Below, one piece after another: positions 1-9,251 of a DNA stretch of 64,000 nt. The notes under the pieces were generated by a model, which worked only from the letters and a program-made list of their open reading frames with translations, was not told where the DNA came from and did not search any database. Both the position numbers and the translations under genes were made by a program. The DNA lies in NCBI GenBank assembly GCA_965221955.1, contig CBDCTA010000029.1:256001-320000 (forward strand), written 5' to 3'. The DNA is from Gammaproteobacteria bacterium. GTDB lineage: Bacteria; Pseudomonadota; Gammaproteobacteria; UBA4575. The first letter of the stretch is position 1. Each line of letters opens with the position of its first letter.

Positions 1-1
1 T

Positions 2-436
2 CTTTATTATGACCAAACTATAGAAGTATCCGCTATGCCCCATGAACATGGTGCATTTACTTATGTATCTTTTACCACTCATAGATACTCTCATGAATGC
101 ATATTCAAAATAACGAGCAAGTCAAAGCTACCAAAAATTCCAGAAACCAATAAGAACTTAAAAAAGCAAAAATTAAATTTAGAAGAATTTGAAAAAAAAT
201 TCATTGTGTATGCTAAACACAATGAATATTTAGTTGCGTTACTAACTACTGAGATATGTGAAGCGCTAATGGAGTTGGCTCAAAACTACAGCATAGAGGT
301 GCGCTATATAAAATTAAATGATGCATTTAGATTTGATCTGCATATTGATCGTGTACTTACTTCAAAGAATGAAACAGTTGAAGCAATTCAACTAACTCAA
401 CTTTTTATACAGCAAATGGATCGAATAAAACGTTAA
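2..436 (+). CDS. Hypothetical protein, 5'-truncated by the window edge
   Basis: The frame is open from position 2 through the ORF-track ATG at 35; no recognisable motif. Confidence 0.6.
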   Translation, partial: LYYDQTIEVSAMPHEHGAFTYVSFTTHRYSHECIFKITSKSKLPKIPETNKNLKKQKLNLEEFEKKFIVYAKHNEYLVALLTTEICEALMELAQNYSIEVRYIKLNDAFRFDLHIDRVLTSKNETVEAIQLTQLFIQQMDRIKR

Positions 437-440
437 ACGA

Positions 441-935
441 ATGCCCATATGTAAACAAAAAATTAATGCTTCTCAAGACAAAGTATTTAACTATTTAAGT
501 GAGCTTCAGAACGTGGTAGATCTATATAAAGATAGTGTTCCCATAATAACTATAAAAGACTTAGGTAGTGCCTGTTATGGAAAGAAATACCGATATGAAG
601 TAGAAAAGACCAAAGGTTCTCGCTATGAAAAACAAGCTTTTGAAGTAGAGATTACAAAATTTGAACCTTATAGAGATATTGCTTGGCTAGTTAATTTTGA
701 TCGTAGAACAAAGCTAAGTAGAAACACAACATATATTCCCACCATTGTACTTCTTAACTGTACATTAAAACCAAAAAGGGGCTATACCTTGGCATTGTTA
801 GAAGTGGAATTTGATATGAAATCGAGTTGGTGGATTAAATTACTCTTTTACACCATTATTCGTCTGTTTAAAAATAGAATATGTAAATTACTTATAGAGG
901 TTCGTAAAGATATAGAGCAGAAGAATGTTCATTAA
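441..935 (+). CDS. SRPBCC/START-like domain protein
   Basis: N-terminal INASQDKVFNYLSE and EITKFEPYRDIAW patterns are typical of the SRPBCC fold. Confidence 0.55.
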   Translation: MPICKQKINASQDKVFNYLSELQNVVDLYKDSVPIITIKDLGSACYGKKYRYEVEKTKGSRYEKQAFEVEITKFEPYRDIAWLVNFDRRTKLSRNTTYIPTIVLLNCTLKPKRGYTLALLEVEFDMKSSWWIKLLFYTIIRLFKNRICKLLIEVRKDIEQKNVH

Positions 936-951
936 ATTAAAATTAACAATC

Positions 952-1551
952 TTAGGCTGAAATTCCAGGCATCGGTATAAAATTTTGTAATTGTTTAATT
1001 CTAGCGATCCAATTTTGAAGATGCGGATAAGGTTCCAAGGAAATATTTCCCTCTTCCGCCAACGCAATGTAAGGGAAACACGCAATATCGGCAATTGTTA
1101 CCCTATTAAGGGCAAGCCAATTTTTATCTATTAAATGATTATCGATAATAGTAAGGATTGTTTTACTTTTCTCGTATGCTCTATCAATATCTATATCAAG
1201 ATTAAACTTAAAGTGTGCGCGTGCATCCATTGGGCCACGAGCGATTTCATTACATGCAGTAAATAACCATTGAATTACTTGAGCCATTTCATCAGGATCA
1301 TTGGGGAACCAGCTATCATTGCCATATTTTCGTGCTAAATAAACAAGAATCGCTTGAGAGTCACGTAATATAAGATCACCATCTTCAAGCGTAGGTATTT
1401 CGCCTAAAGGATTTTTTTTAAGATACTCAGGTGCTTTTTGTTCACGATTGGCGATGTCAATTGGCACGATCTCGTAATCAATCTCTAACATCGATAGAAG
1501 TAAACGAACTTTGTAGCAGTTCCCTGAAAATTCAACATCATATAGCTTCAT
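952..1551 (-). CDS. Glutathione S-transferase family protein
   Basis: SGNCYKVR, NPLGEIPTL, DSQAILVYLA and TIADIA motifs. Confidence 0.95.
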   Translation of the reverse strand: MKLYDVEFSGNCYKVRLLLSMLEIDYEIVPIDIANREQKAPEYLKKNPLGEIPTLEDGDLILRDSQAILVYLARKYGNDSWFPNDPDEMAQVIQWLFTACNEIARGPMDARAHFKFNLDIDIDRAYEKSKTILTIIDNHLIDKNWLALNRVTIADIACFPYIALAEEGNISLEPYPHLQNWIARIKQLQNFIPMPGISA

Positions 1552-1780
1552 TTTTCACCCAATCAGCGTTACTTGATTTCATTATAAAGGACGGTTTGTG
1601 ACAATTTGCATACTAATATGTATGGATGATCATAACTATAGAAACCCTTGATTTGATCCATAGCCATTAACTATTGGCGAGTATAAACTTCATTCAAGTA
1701 GCATAATGATGATCTTAATCAATAGAGAATAAAATGTTGTTGATACACTTTAACAACAAAGAACAAAAACGGAGGTCCCC

Positions 1781-2635
1781 GTGGCGAATCAAATACTCTA
1801 CTCTCCAGAAGAAGTAAAAAATTTACTTAATGATAAAAATACCATCATTGTCGATATCCGCGAAGAAGACGATTATAAAAAGGCGCACATTCCTGGATCA
1901 GTCAGTATTCCGGATGTTTTCTTTTATCTTGCTGAGACGACAGAGGAAGGCTTAAAAGAATTTCAAGATAAGTTTCAAAAATTATTTTCAGAGGCTGGAA
2001 TTACACATGATAAGAAAGTCATTATCTATGAAGATGCGTTAAATAATCGCTATGGTGGTTCTTGTCGTGGATACTGGTTTTTAACTTACTTGGGTCACCC
2101 CGATGCAGGAATACTAGATGGTGGATTTTCGGCCTGGAATAAAGCCGGTTATCCAGTGGATGACATAATTCCAACCCCTGAAGCGGCCAATTTTGAAGTT
2201 AAAACGAATGACGAAATAATTGCGACTAAAGATGATGTATTGGCAGCACTTAATAATCCAAACATTAAGATACTAGATAATCGTGACAAAGACGAATGGA
2301 TTGGGGAGAGCTCATCACCATATGGAAAAGACTTTGTGCCACGTAAAGGACGTTTGCAAGGCGCACGTTGGATTGAATGGTATAAGTTTATGGAGGGCAA
2401 AGCTGATCTGCCTTACTTTAAATCACCTGAAAAAATTCGCGCCATGTGTGCGGAGTATGGTTTGTATCCAGACGACGACATTATTATCTATTGTTTTAAA
2501 GGCGCACGCGTTTCCAATACGTTCATAGCCATGCACTTAGCGGGTTTCAAGCATTTACGTAACTATTTAGGCTCTTGGAATGAGTGGTCGAAGATTGATT
2601 CATTGCCAATCAATGCTGACGTGTATCCTGAATAG
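1781..2635 (+). CDS. Tandem-domain rhodanese/sulfurtransferase (SseA-like, cytoplasmic)
   Basis: AHIPGS, LDGGFSAW, active loop YCFKGAR, YLGSWNEW; GGAGG Shine-Dalgarno before the GTG start. Confidence 0.9.
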   Translation: MANQILYSPEEVKNLLNDKNTIIVDIREEDDYKKAHIPGSVSIPDVFFYLAETTEEGLKEFQDKFQKLFSEAGITHDKKVIIYEDALNNRYGGSCRGYWFLTYLGHPDAGILDGGFSAWNKAGYPVDDIIPTPEAANFEVKTNDEIIATKDDVLAALNNPNIKILDNRDKDEWIGESSSPYGKDFVPRKGRLQGARWIEWYKFMEGKADLPYFKSPEKIRAMCAEYGLYPDDDIIIYCFKGARVSNTFIAMHLAGFKHLRNYLGSWNEWSKIDSLPINADVYPE

Positions 2636-2782
2636 CTAGTACTAATCGAAACCAAACAAAAAATGCGGGGCTTATTTTTCTTCTTAATTGGTGTGCTAAT
2701 TATCTTTGGATGCTATCAACTCTTTCAATCTATGTAGTAGCATAAATGAATGTTACTTTTGTAAAGATCAACACTAGAAAAT

Positions 2783-5251
2783 CTAGTTGGGAAGAGGCAT
2801 GCGTTCCATTAAATAACAAAGGCAATCTTGCCGTATGACCATTTCATCCAAGGTTAACATGGCAGGCATCATGGAATGGTTGAGTTGAATTTTGTCTTCG
2901 AAGATATGAAATATTTCTTTTCCAATTTCATTATCATCATCATTATAGGCAAGTAACCGGGCCGAACTATTATTAACTCTTCCAAAGCTTGTATTAGCTG
3001 GCATCTCAGTAAAATTCATTTTATCTAATTCGTTTGTGAATAAAATATCTGCATCATCATCTGTGAAGCTAAAAGTAGCTTCTTCTGGTATTTTCACGCG
3101 TGCGAGTGTATGGAATAAATGAATATCTTGGGGTGCAATACGATGATTAGGTATATTTTTCATATGTAAAACAGCATCTACAAAATCGAGTGCATGCTGC
3201 GTTCCACCTTTAGTATTCGTTTTACCGCATTCTAAGGTCACAGAAGGACACAAGTCGCTAAATGCCATCGACTGCACACCCTTGGGTGTTAAAAAATAGA
3301 CTACTGTTGGCCCAAACAGTGCAGCCAAGTGCAAAAATGAGTTATCTAGTTTGTTGATGCAAGCATAGTGAGGGTTCAGGCCTGTATTATTATGTATATC
3401 AATACTTGCAAATAAATTCCTGTTCTTCATTTCATTAACTATTTCGTACATTACAGGCGCTTCTTGAGAATGTGGATAGTTCGTACCTGGCCAAACACGA
3501 TTGTAATCATGCTGTGTATCTAATAAACGCAATCCGTGACGTGCAGCTTGAGTGTTACCAAAAAATATCGATACAGATCTTGGTAGTCGAGTATTTTCAT
3601 ACTTTCGAAGTAATTCCTGTATTACATGGAAACCGGTTCTTTCATTGCCATGTAGTAATACGCTGATAAAAACAGTTTCAGGCCGCATCCCTTGTAAATG
3701 TAACAATGTTGGTTCTGGGAAAATGGTATAAAGTTCTTTCGCACGAATATCAAGCAACTCTTTTGGAAAGCTTTCGAGCTGCTTAAGCTCTAATGGTGTG
3801 GAGGGTTGATTAATGTGCACGGTATTGCGGTTAACTTCCCAAGAATGTACAGGTTGTTCCGTGCGTTGTAAGGTTTGATAAGCATGGGTAAGTTCAGTCA
3901 TATCGCAATTATGTGTAGCGACATACTTTCTTTGCCAACTGGCACCGGTCTGTTCATTCATTATGCGTGCTTCGATCACGTTCAGATAAGTGCTAATATC
4001 TTGCGAACAAATTTTTAAGTCTTTTAAACCCTCTTCGGCTTGAGTAAATAATTCGTCTAGTAGCAAAGATTTTAAATTCGCTGATTTTCCAAACCACTGT
4101 ATAGTGCTCTGTAAATCATTAGTTGCTGCGATATAAAAATTATTTTTTGTTTCTTCAAATGTAGGTAAAGCATGACCTTGTTTTAAGCGTTGCGCCCAAA
4201 ATTGTTGCAAGCCGTAAAAGAAGGCGGCATTCGCCATCATATCGATAAAAGTAGGGCCCGCTGCAATCGCACGGTGTTCAATACGAATATGAGCTTCTCC
4301 ACTTTCACTAAAACCAAGTAAAGGCCTGTTCCATCGCCATATGGTGCCATTGTGTAAACGTAAATGAGCCAGTTTTACATTGTTTTCATCAATTGTTGGA
4401 AGCAGAATATGAAAGTCTTTCAAGTTTTCATGAAAGCACTCCAATATAGATTCTTGTGCAAAACCACTACCAAAGCTCACTCTTTTAAATGGCGCATTTG
4501 GGTTATCTGTATCGATAGATTGCTCAAAAAGTGGAATTCTAGTTTCACTCCATACATTTTTTCCAAATGCAAAAGGTGAGTTCGCCGTAATAGCAACTAA
4601 AGGGGCGGATAAAATAGAAGAGGCGTTGTAATAATGATGTGCATCTTGTGCAGGTACTTTAGTATGAATTTGAAAAGAGGTGGTAGAGGCCTCTAGCATT
4701 ACATCATGACTATATAAATCGAGCAGTTCATTTCCTTGTATGTGTAAATGTACCGGCTTTTTTTTACGTCGATCCATAATTTCACTGTTCAGTGCACGAT
4801 AGCGGTTCATGTCAGACATTGAATGCTCATTCAAATCTGAAAGATTTAAAGTGGGCAATGTGCCAATGAGCAATAGCGAGGATGAAAGACTTAAACTATC
4901 TGCGATCTTTTCTGCTCGTTCCCATGTATTCAGTAAATCTTTATGAAAATCAGATAATACAGAACCCGATAATTTTCGAGGAGTGTTATTAAACTCAAGA
5001 TTAAATTTTGCTAATTCTGGCGTGGCTAATTCTGAGTCAAATCGATCTAGAAATTCTTTGTTAACGGGTGCGGGCTGAAGGGACTTATCTAATAACCAGC
5101 TTTCAATTTCGAAACCACCCATTAAGCCATCATTCGATAATGCGCCATCATTAAACCATGATGTAAGCAAAGTTGTTTCTTGCTCTAGAACTTGTCGAAA
5201 TTTATTGTAATCGTCTTCAGAGAAAAACGTTTTTTCAATTTCTTGGCCCAT
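2783..5251 (-). CDS. Fusion of an N-terminal GCS2/glutamate-cysteine-ligase-like domain and a C-terminal M14 succinylglutamate desuccinylase/aspartoacylase-like domain
   Basis: GFEIE, ANSPF, WRWNRP and RIEHR (GCS2-like); LHGNE, NRVW, DIHNN and VTLECG (M14). Confidence 0.85.
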   Translation of the reverse strand: MGQEIEKTFFSEDDYNKFRQVLEQETTLLTSWFNDGALSNDGLMGGFEIESWLLDKSLQPAPVNKEFLDRFDSELATPELAKFNLEFNNTPRKLSGSVLSDFHKDLLNTWERAEKIADSLSLSSSLLLIGTLPTLNLSDLNEHSMSDMNRYRALNSEIMDRRKKKPVHLHIQGNELLDLYSHDVMLEASTTSFQIHTKVPAQDAHHYYNASSILSAPLVAITANSPFAFGKNVWSETRIPLFEQSIDTDNPNAPFKRVSFGSGFAQESILECFHENLKDFHILLPTIDENNVKLAHLRLHNGTIWRWNRPLLGFSESGEAHIRIEHRAIAAGPTFIDMMANAAFFYGLQQFWAQRLKQGHALPTFEETKNNFYIAATNDLQSTIQWFGKSANLKSLLLDELFTQAEEGLKDLKICSQDISTYLNVIEARIMNEQTGASWQRKYVATHNCDMTELTHAYQTLQRTEQPVHSWEVNRNTVHINQPSTPLELKQLESFPKELLDIRAKELYTIFPEPTLLHLQGMRPETVFISVLLHGNERTGFHVIQELLRKYENTRLPRSVSIFFGNTQAARHGLRLLDTQHDYNRVWPGTNYPHSQEAPVMYEIVNEMKNRNLFASIDIHNNTGLNPHYACINKLDNSFLHLAALFGPTVVYFLTPKGVQSMAFSDLCPSVTLECGKTNTKGGTQHALDFVDAVLHMKNIPNHRIAPQDIHLFHTLARVKIPEEATFSFTDDDADILFTNELDKMNFTEMPANTSFGRVNNSSARLLAYNDDDNEIGKEIFHIFEDKIQLNHSMMPAMLTLDEMVIRQDCLCYLMERMPLPN

Positions 5252-5430
5252 GGATAAAATGCTAACAGATAGTATTTTTCACACTAAAAGAAAAATATTG
5301 TTTAGTAAAACAATATATAAAAAATTTGATCTGCATCAATTAAATTATGAGGTTATTCAAAGTTTTTGAAAGACGTAAAGTAGTTTAGCATCAATTTAAT
5401 CATGCAGTCTTTTACACTTAAAGCGATAAA

Positions 5431-6414
5431 TTAATTTGTGCCAGCTTCAATTTTTGTCCAATTAGAAGAGATTACTTTATCTGAAACTGAATCACTGTTT
5501 GTGTCTACATCAATGAATACCAGTTTACCTTGCAAAATTGAAACTTCAGCACTAGAGTTTTTACCAGTCAGAATAAGCAAGCCATTATCCGGAGAATCTA
5601 AATCTACAAAGTATTCATTTAATTCTAATAACTCTAACCCAGTAAAGGGTATGGAATTTGCAATAGCATTCACTACAGTATTTTCAAGTTTATTTATGAG
5701 CTTCAATGAATCAACAGTTAATGAATAATTTGAAGGCATAGTAGCCAAATTTATTGTTTGTGAAATATTAATATTAGACAGAGTATTTTTTGAACTGCTC
5801 TCGACAGTTAGCGTATCGCTAGTAATTATTGTTATTAGGGATACAAGTGTGGCATTAAACTGTAAGCTTATTTTGAGGTTACCGCTTATTTTAAAAGTTT
5901 TATTATTAGTGTTTACATCAAAAAGGTCAGCGTTGACGTCAAAATTAAATGTCCAATTTGTACCACTAGAATAAGTACCAATTAAGATACCATCCACATT
6001 GTTGATTGAAATTTCTAGCTTACCATTTGCAACTGTGTCTTTAATAGCGCAGTTTTTGTAATTCAGTACTAGATCATCTCCTTTGGAAACCGTGCTTGAG
6101 TTATCCAAATCTACAACACTGGCATAGAGAGAACCACTGTTATTATCGCAAGAATATATTGAGGTTGATGAGGTGTTAAGGTTATTTATGTATTGTGCTG
6201 ATTGGCTGCTAATATCCGCAACCATAAGTGTTTGAGTTAGTGTCTCGACTACATCGCTGGCAACTCTTTCTGCATTACTTACGACAATAATTATACCTTC
6301 TTCCTCGTCATCCTCATCGTCATCATCACTAAAGCTGCTGATAAACGAACACTTCCCACCAGTAAGCGATAATAATACTGCACACGCAAAAGCAAAAGCC
6401 TTGACCGTTTTCAT
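5431..6414 (-). CDS. Secreted/lipoprotein-like hypothetical protein with an acidic linker
   Basis: Signal-like MKTVKAFAFACAVLLSLTGGKC, a poly-D/E stretch and a Ser/Thr/Asn-rich body; start moved to the ATG at 6414. Confidence 0.7.
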   Translation of the reverse strand: MKTVKAFAFACAVLLSLTGGKCSFISSFSDDDDEDDEEEGIIIVVSNAERVASDVVETLTQTLMVADISSQSAQYINNLNTSSTSIYSCDNNSGSLYASVVDLDNSSTVSKGDDLVLNYKNCAIKDTVANGKLEISINNVDGILIGTYSSGTNWTFNFDVNADLFDVNTNNKTFKISGNLKISLQFNATLVSLITIITSDTLTVESSSKNTLSNINISQTINLATMPSNYSLTVDSLKLINKLENTVVNAIANSIPFTGLELLELNEYFVDLDSPDNGLLILTGKNSSAEVSILQGKLVFIDVDTNSDSVSDKVISSNWTKIEAGTN

Positions 6415-6859
6415 CTTGTCTACAATCCAATCCTTAACATGGGTATAGAGTTTTATCGAGAAGTGAAGTTCATGTGTGGATAACCACACCATTTGTAAAG
6501 TTACAATAGTGAATGAGTTCAAATAGGAAGTTATTGTCCTAAGTCAATTAGAACCTATAACAAATAAAGAATTAACGAATTAAGGATGAAATAGGATATA
6601 TATCTAGATGTTCAAATCAGTCAACTTTTAGAGTAACTTAGCTGTAGATTCGATTCATATCTGCGAAGTGTATTCCACACATCAATCGAACATCTAGCTA
6701 AAGAAATAGAGGAGATACCAATAAACATTATCTTATATATTAGTAGTTCTTAAATCTCACTAACCCAATGTTTAAATGAGTGATGTACAGATTCCATAAC
6801 TATGTAAACTATATGGCTATAATTATTATTTTCTCAGATCGGTCAATGGAGGATAAGTC

Positions 6860-7837
6860 GTGATTACTGTAAAAATTTTTCTAAAATACGTAATAGCATT
6901 TTTCTTATCTACACAGATTGTTTCAGCAGAAACACCAAAACCCCTTGTCGAGGTTGAATGGTTATCAAACAACCTAGATAAAGTAGCTATTCTTGATGTA
7001 AGAGCAGAAACAAAAAGTTTCACAAGTGCTCCTGTTTTTAAAAGTGATGAAAAAACTAAAAAGCAATATCTTGAACGTGTTGGTGGGCATATATCGAGCG
7101 CCAGAATAGTGCTTTACAAGAATGTGCGAGGCGAACATAAAATTAATAACAAGAAGATTAAATATATGTTGCCTAAAAAGGCTATTTTTGAGGCGCTTAT
7201 TCAAAAGGCAGGTATCAATAAAGATAGTTCTATTGTCATCACTACTAATGCTGAGAGTGATTTTGATTTAACTATGGCAACACGTATGTTCTGGCAACTT
7301 AAATACTATGGTCACGATGATGTTTCTATTTTAAATGGTGGAACAGCTCAATGGATAATAGATGGCCATCATGTTGAAACAAAGTCATCAAAAAATGCTT
7401 CTGGTAATTGGGAAGCAATCGATGAACGGAAAGATATTTATGCGACAAGTGAAGAAGTAGCAGCAGCGATAGATAATAAAGGTACTCAAGTTCTTGATAT
7501 TAGACCGTTAAATCAATATTTAGGTGTTCATAAAAGCTCTAAAACAACGGCTAAAGGCCACATTTCAACCGCAAAACTATATTCACTTGATCTCATTTCA
7601 AATAGAAAAATGCCAGTAAAATTTTCAACCACTGCCGAACTACAAGAAGTCGCAAAAGCGCTTGGTGTTCAAACTGATATTAGCTCAATTACATATTGTA
7701 ATAGTGGGCATATGGCCTCAGGTGGATGGTTCGTTTTGCATGAATTACTGGGTAATCAAAATGTAAAATTATATGATGGTTCAATGCACCAATGGACTGT
7801 AGAAAATAGGCCAGTGGTGAAAATGAAAATGGAATAA
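6860..7837 (+). CDS. Periplasmic tandem-domain rhodanese/sulfurtransferase
   Basis: Signal peptide, LNGGTAQW, YCNSGH active loop, LYDGSMHQW. Confidence 0.9.
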   Translation: MITVKIFLKYVIAFFLSTQIVSAETPKPLVEVEWLSNNLDKVAILDVRAETKSFTSAPVFKSDEKTKKQYLERVGGHISSARIVLYKNVRGEHKINNKKIKYMLPKKAIFEALIQKAGINKDSSIVITTNAESDFDLTMATRMFWQLKYYGHDDVSILNGGTAQWIIDGHHVETKSSKNASGNWEAIDERKDIYATSEEVAAAIDNKGTQVLDIRPLNQYLGVHKSSKTTAKGHISTAKLYSLDLISNRKMPVKFSTTAELQEVAKALGVQTDISSITYCNSGHMASGGWFVLHELLGNQNVKLYDGSMHQWTVENRPVVKMKME

Positions 7838-7854
7838 TAATTTAATTAATAATA

Positions 7855-9231
7855 ATGAAAAAATACGATGCCATTGTGATCGGTGCGGGGCAGGCCGGGC
7901 CTTCGCTTGCCGCAAAACTCGTTTCTGAAAATCTCAAAACTGCCATTATTGAACGCAAATTATTTGGTGGCACTTGTGTAAACACAGGCTGTATTCCTAC
8001 CAAAACATTAGTAGCGAGCGCGCGGGCTGCATACATGGCGCGACGTGGAGAAGACTTTGGTGTAGATATCTCGGGTGATATCAAAATGGACATGAAAAAA
8101 GTCAAAGCCCGAAAAGATGCAGTAGTGCAGCAATCCAATCAAGGCGTAACCGGTTGGATGAAAAACATGGATGGTTTAGATGTTTATGAAGGCCACGGAC
8201 AGCTTGAAAGTGAAAAAGTAGTGAGTGTAAATGGTGAGCAACTACAAGCCGATAAAATTTTTATCAATGTTGGAGCGCGTGCACGTGTGCCGGATATGCC
8301 AGGCTTAAATGAAATTGAATATTTCACAAACTCCAACATCATGAATGTTGATTTTCTGCCCGAACATCTCATCATTATTGGAGGTAGTTACATTGGCTTG
8401 GAGTTTGCTCAAATGTATCGCCGCTTTGGCAGTGATGTCACGGTAATTGAAATGTCGGAACGGCTGATACCAAGAGAAGACCAAGATGTTTCAGAAACGG
8501 TACAAGAAATTTTAGAAAATGAAGGCGTTAACATACGACTTGGCGCGGAATGCATCAGTTTTGCTAAGAAAAGTTCACAAATAGCTGTAACAGATAGCTG
8601 TAATAATGAAAAGCGAGAAGTTTTAGGTTCGCATGTGCTACTGGCAGTAGGTAGGCAAGCCAATACACATGATTTAGGTTTGGATAAAGCGGGAGTTAAA
8701 ACCAATCAATTTGGTATTATCAAAGTAGATGATGTTCTCGAAACTAACGTACCCGGAATTTGGGCGATTGGTGAATGCAATGGAAAAGGTGCGTTTACAC
8801 ACACATCGTATAACGACTATGAAATCGTGGCTGATAATTTGTTTGGTACCAAAACACGAACAGTAAGTGACCGCATTTTGTGTTACGGACTATTCATTGA
8901 TCCTCCATTAGGCCGTGTGGGCTTAACTGAACAACAAGTGCGAGATTCTGGCAAAAAAGCGTTGATTGGGAAGATGATGATGTCACGTATAGGGCGCGCC
9001 AAAGAGCGAGGCGAAATTCAAGGCTTTATGAAAGTGCTTATTGATGCTGAAACCGATGAAATTTTAGGAGCAAATATATTAGGTATTGGAGGTGATGAAA
9101 TCATTCACTTATTCATCGACATCATGTATGCGAAAAAGCCGTATCATGTCATCAAAAATGCAGTACATGTACATCCTACTGTGGCAGAACTGATTCCAAC
9201 CATGCTGCAAGATTTAAAAGAACTAAATTAG
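7855..9231 (+). CDS. Class I pyridine nucleotide-disulfide oxidoreductase (RclA/MerA-like, no C-terminal Cys pair)
   Basis: GAGQAG, GGTCVNTGCIPTK, GGSYIGLE and HPT motifs. Confidence 0.9.
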   Translation: MKKYDAIVIGAGQAGPSLAAKLVSENLKTAIIERKLFGGTCVNTGCIPTKTLVASARAAYMARRGEDFGVDISGDIKMDMKKVKARKDAVVQQSNQGVTGWMKNMDGLDVYEGHGQLESEKVVSVNGEQLQADKIFINVGARARVPDMPGLNEIEYFTNSNIMNVDFLPEHLIIIGGSYIGLEFAQMYRRFGSDVTVIEMSERLIPREDQDVSETVQEILENEGVNIRLGAECISFAKKSSQIAVTDSCNNEKREVLGSHVLLAVGRQANTHDLGLDKAGVKTNQFGIIKVDDVLETNVPGIWAIGECNGKGAFTHTSYNDYEIVADNLFGTKTRTVSDRILCYGLFIDPPLGRVGLTEQQVRDSGKKALIGKMMMSRIGRAKERGEIQGFMKVLIDAETDEILGANILGIGGDEIIHLFIDIMYAKKPYHVIKNAVHVHPTVAELIPTMLQDLKELN

Positions 9232-9251
9232 TCGTTAATTATTAAATATCA

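Noticed and set aside
2663-2737. 24-aa hydrophobic sORF MRGLFFFLIGVLIIFGCYQLFQSM
   Set aside because: No SD; T-rich DNA yields such ORFs by chance
7855-9231. merA call
   Set aside because: No C-terminal Cys-Cys, no NmerA domain and no mer genes nearby
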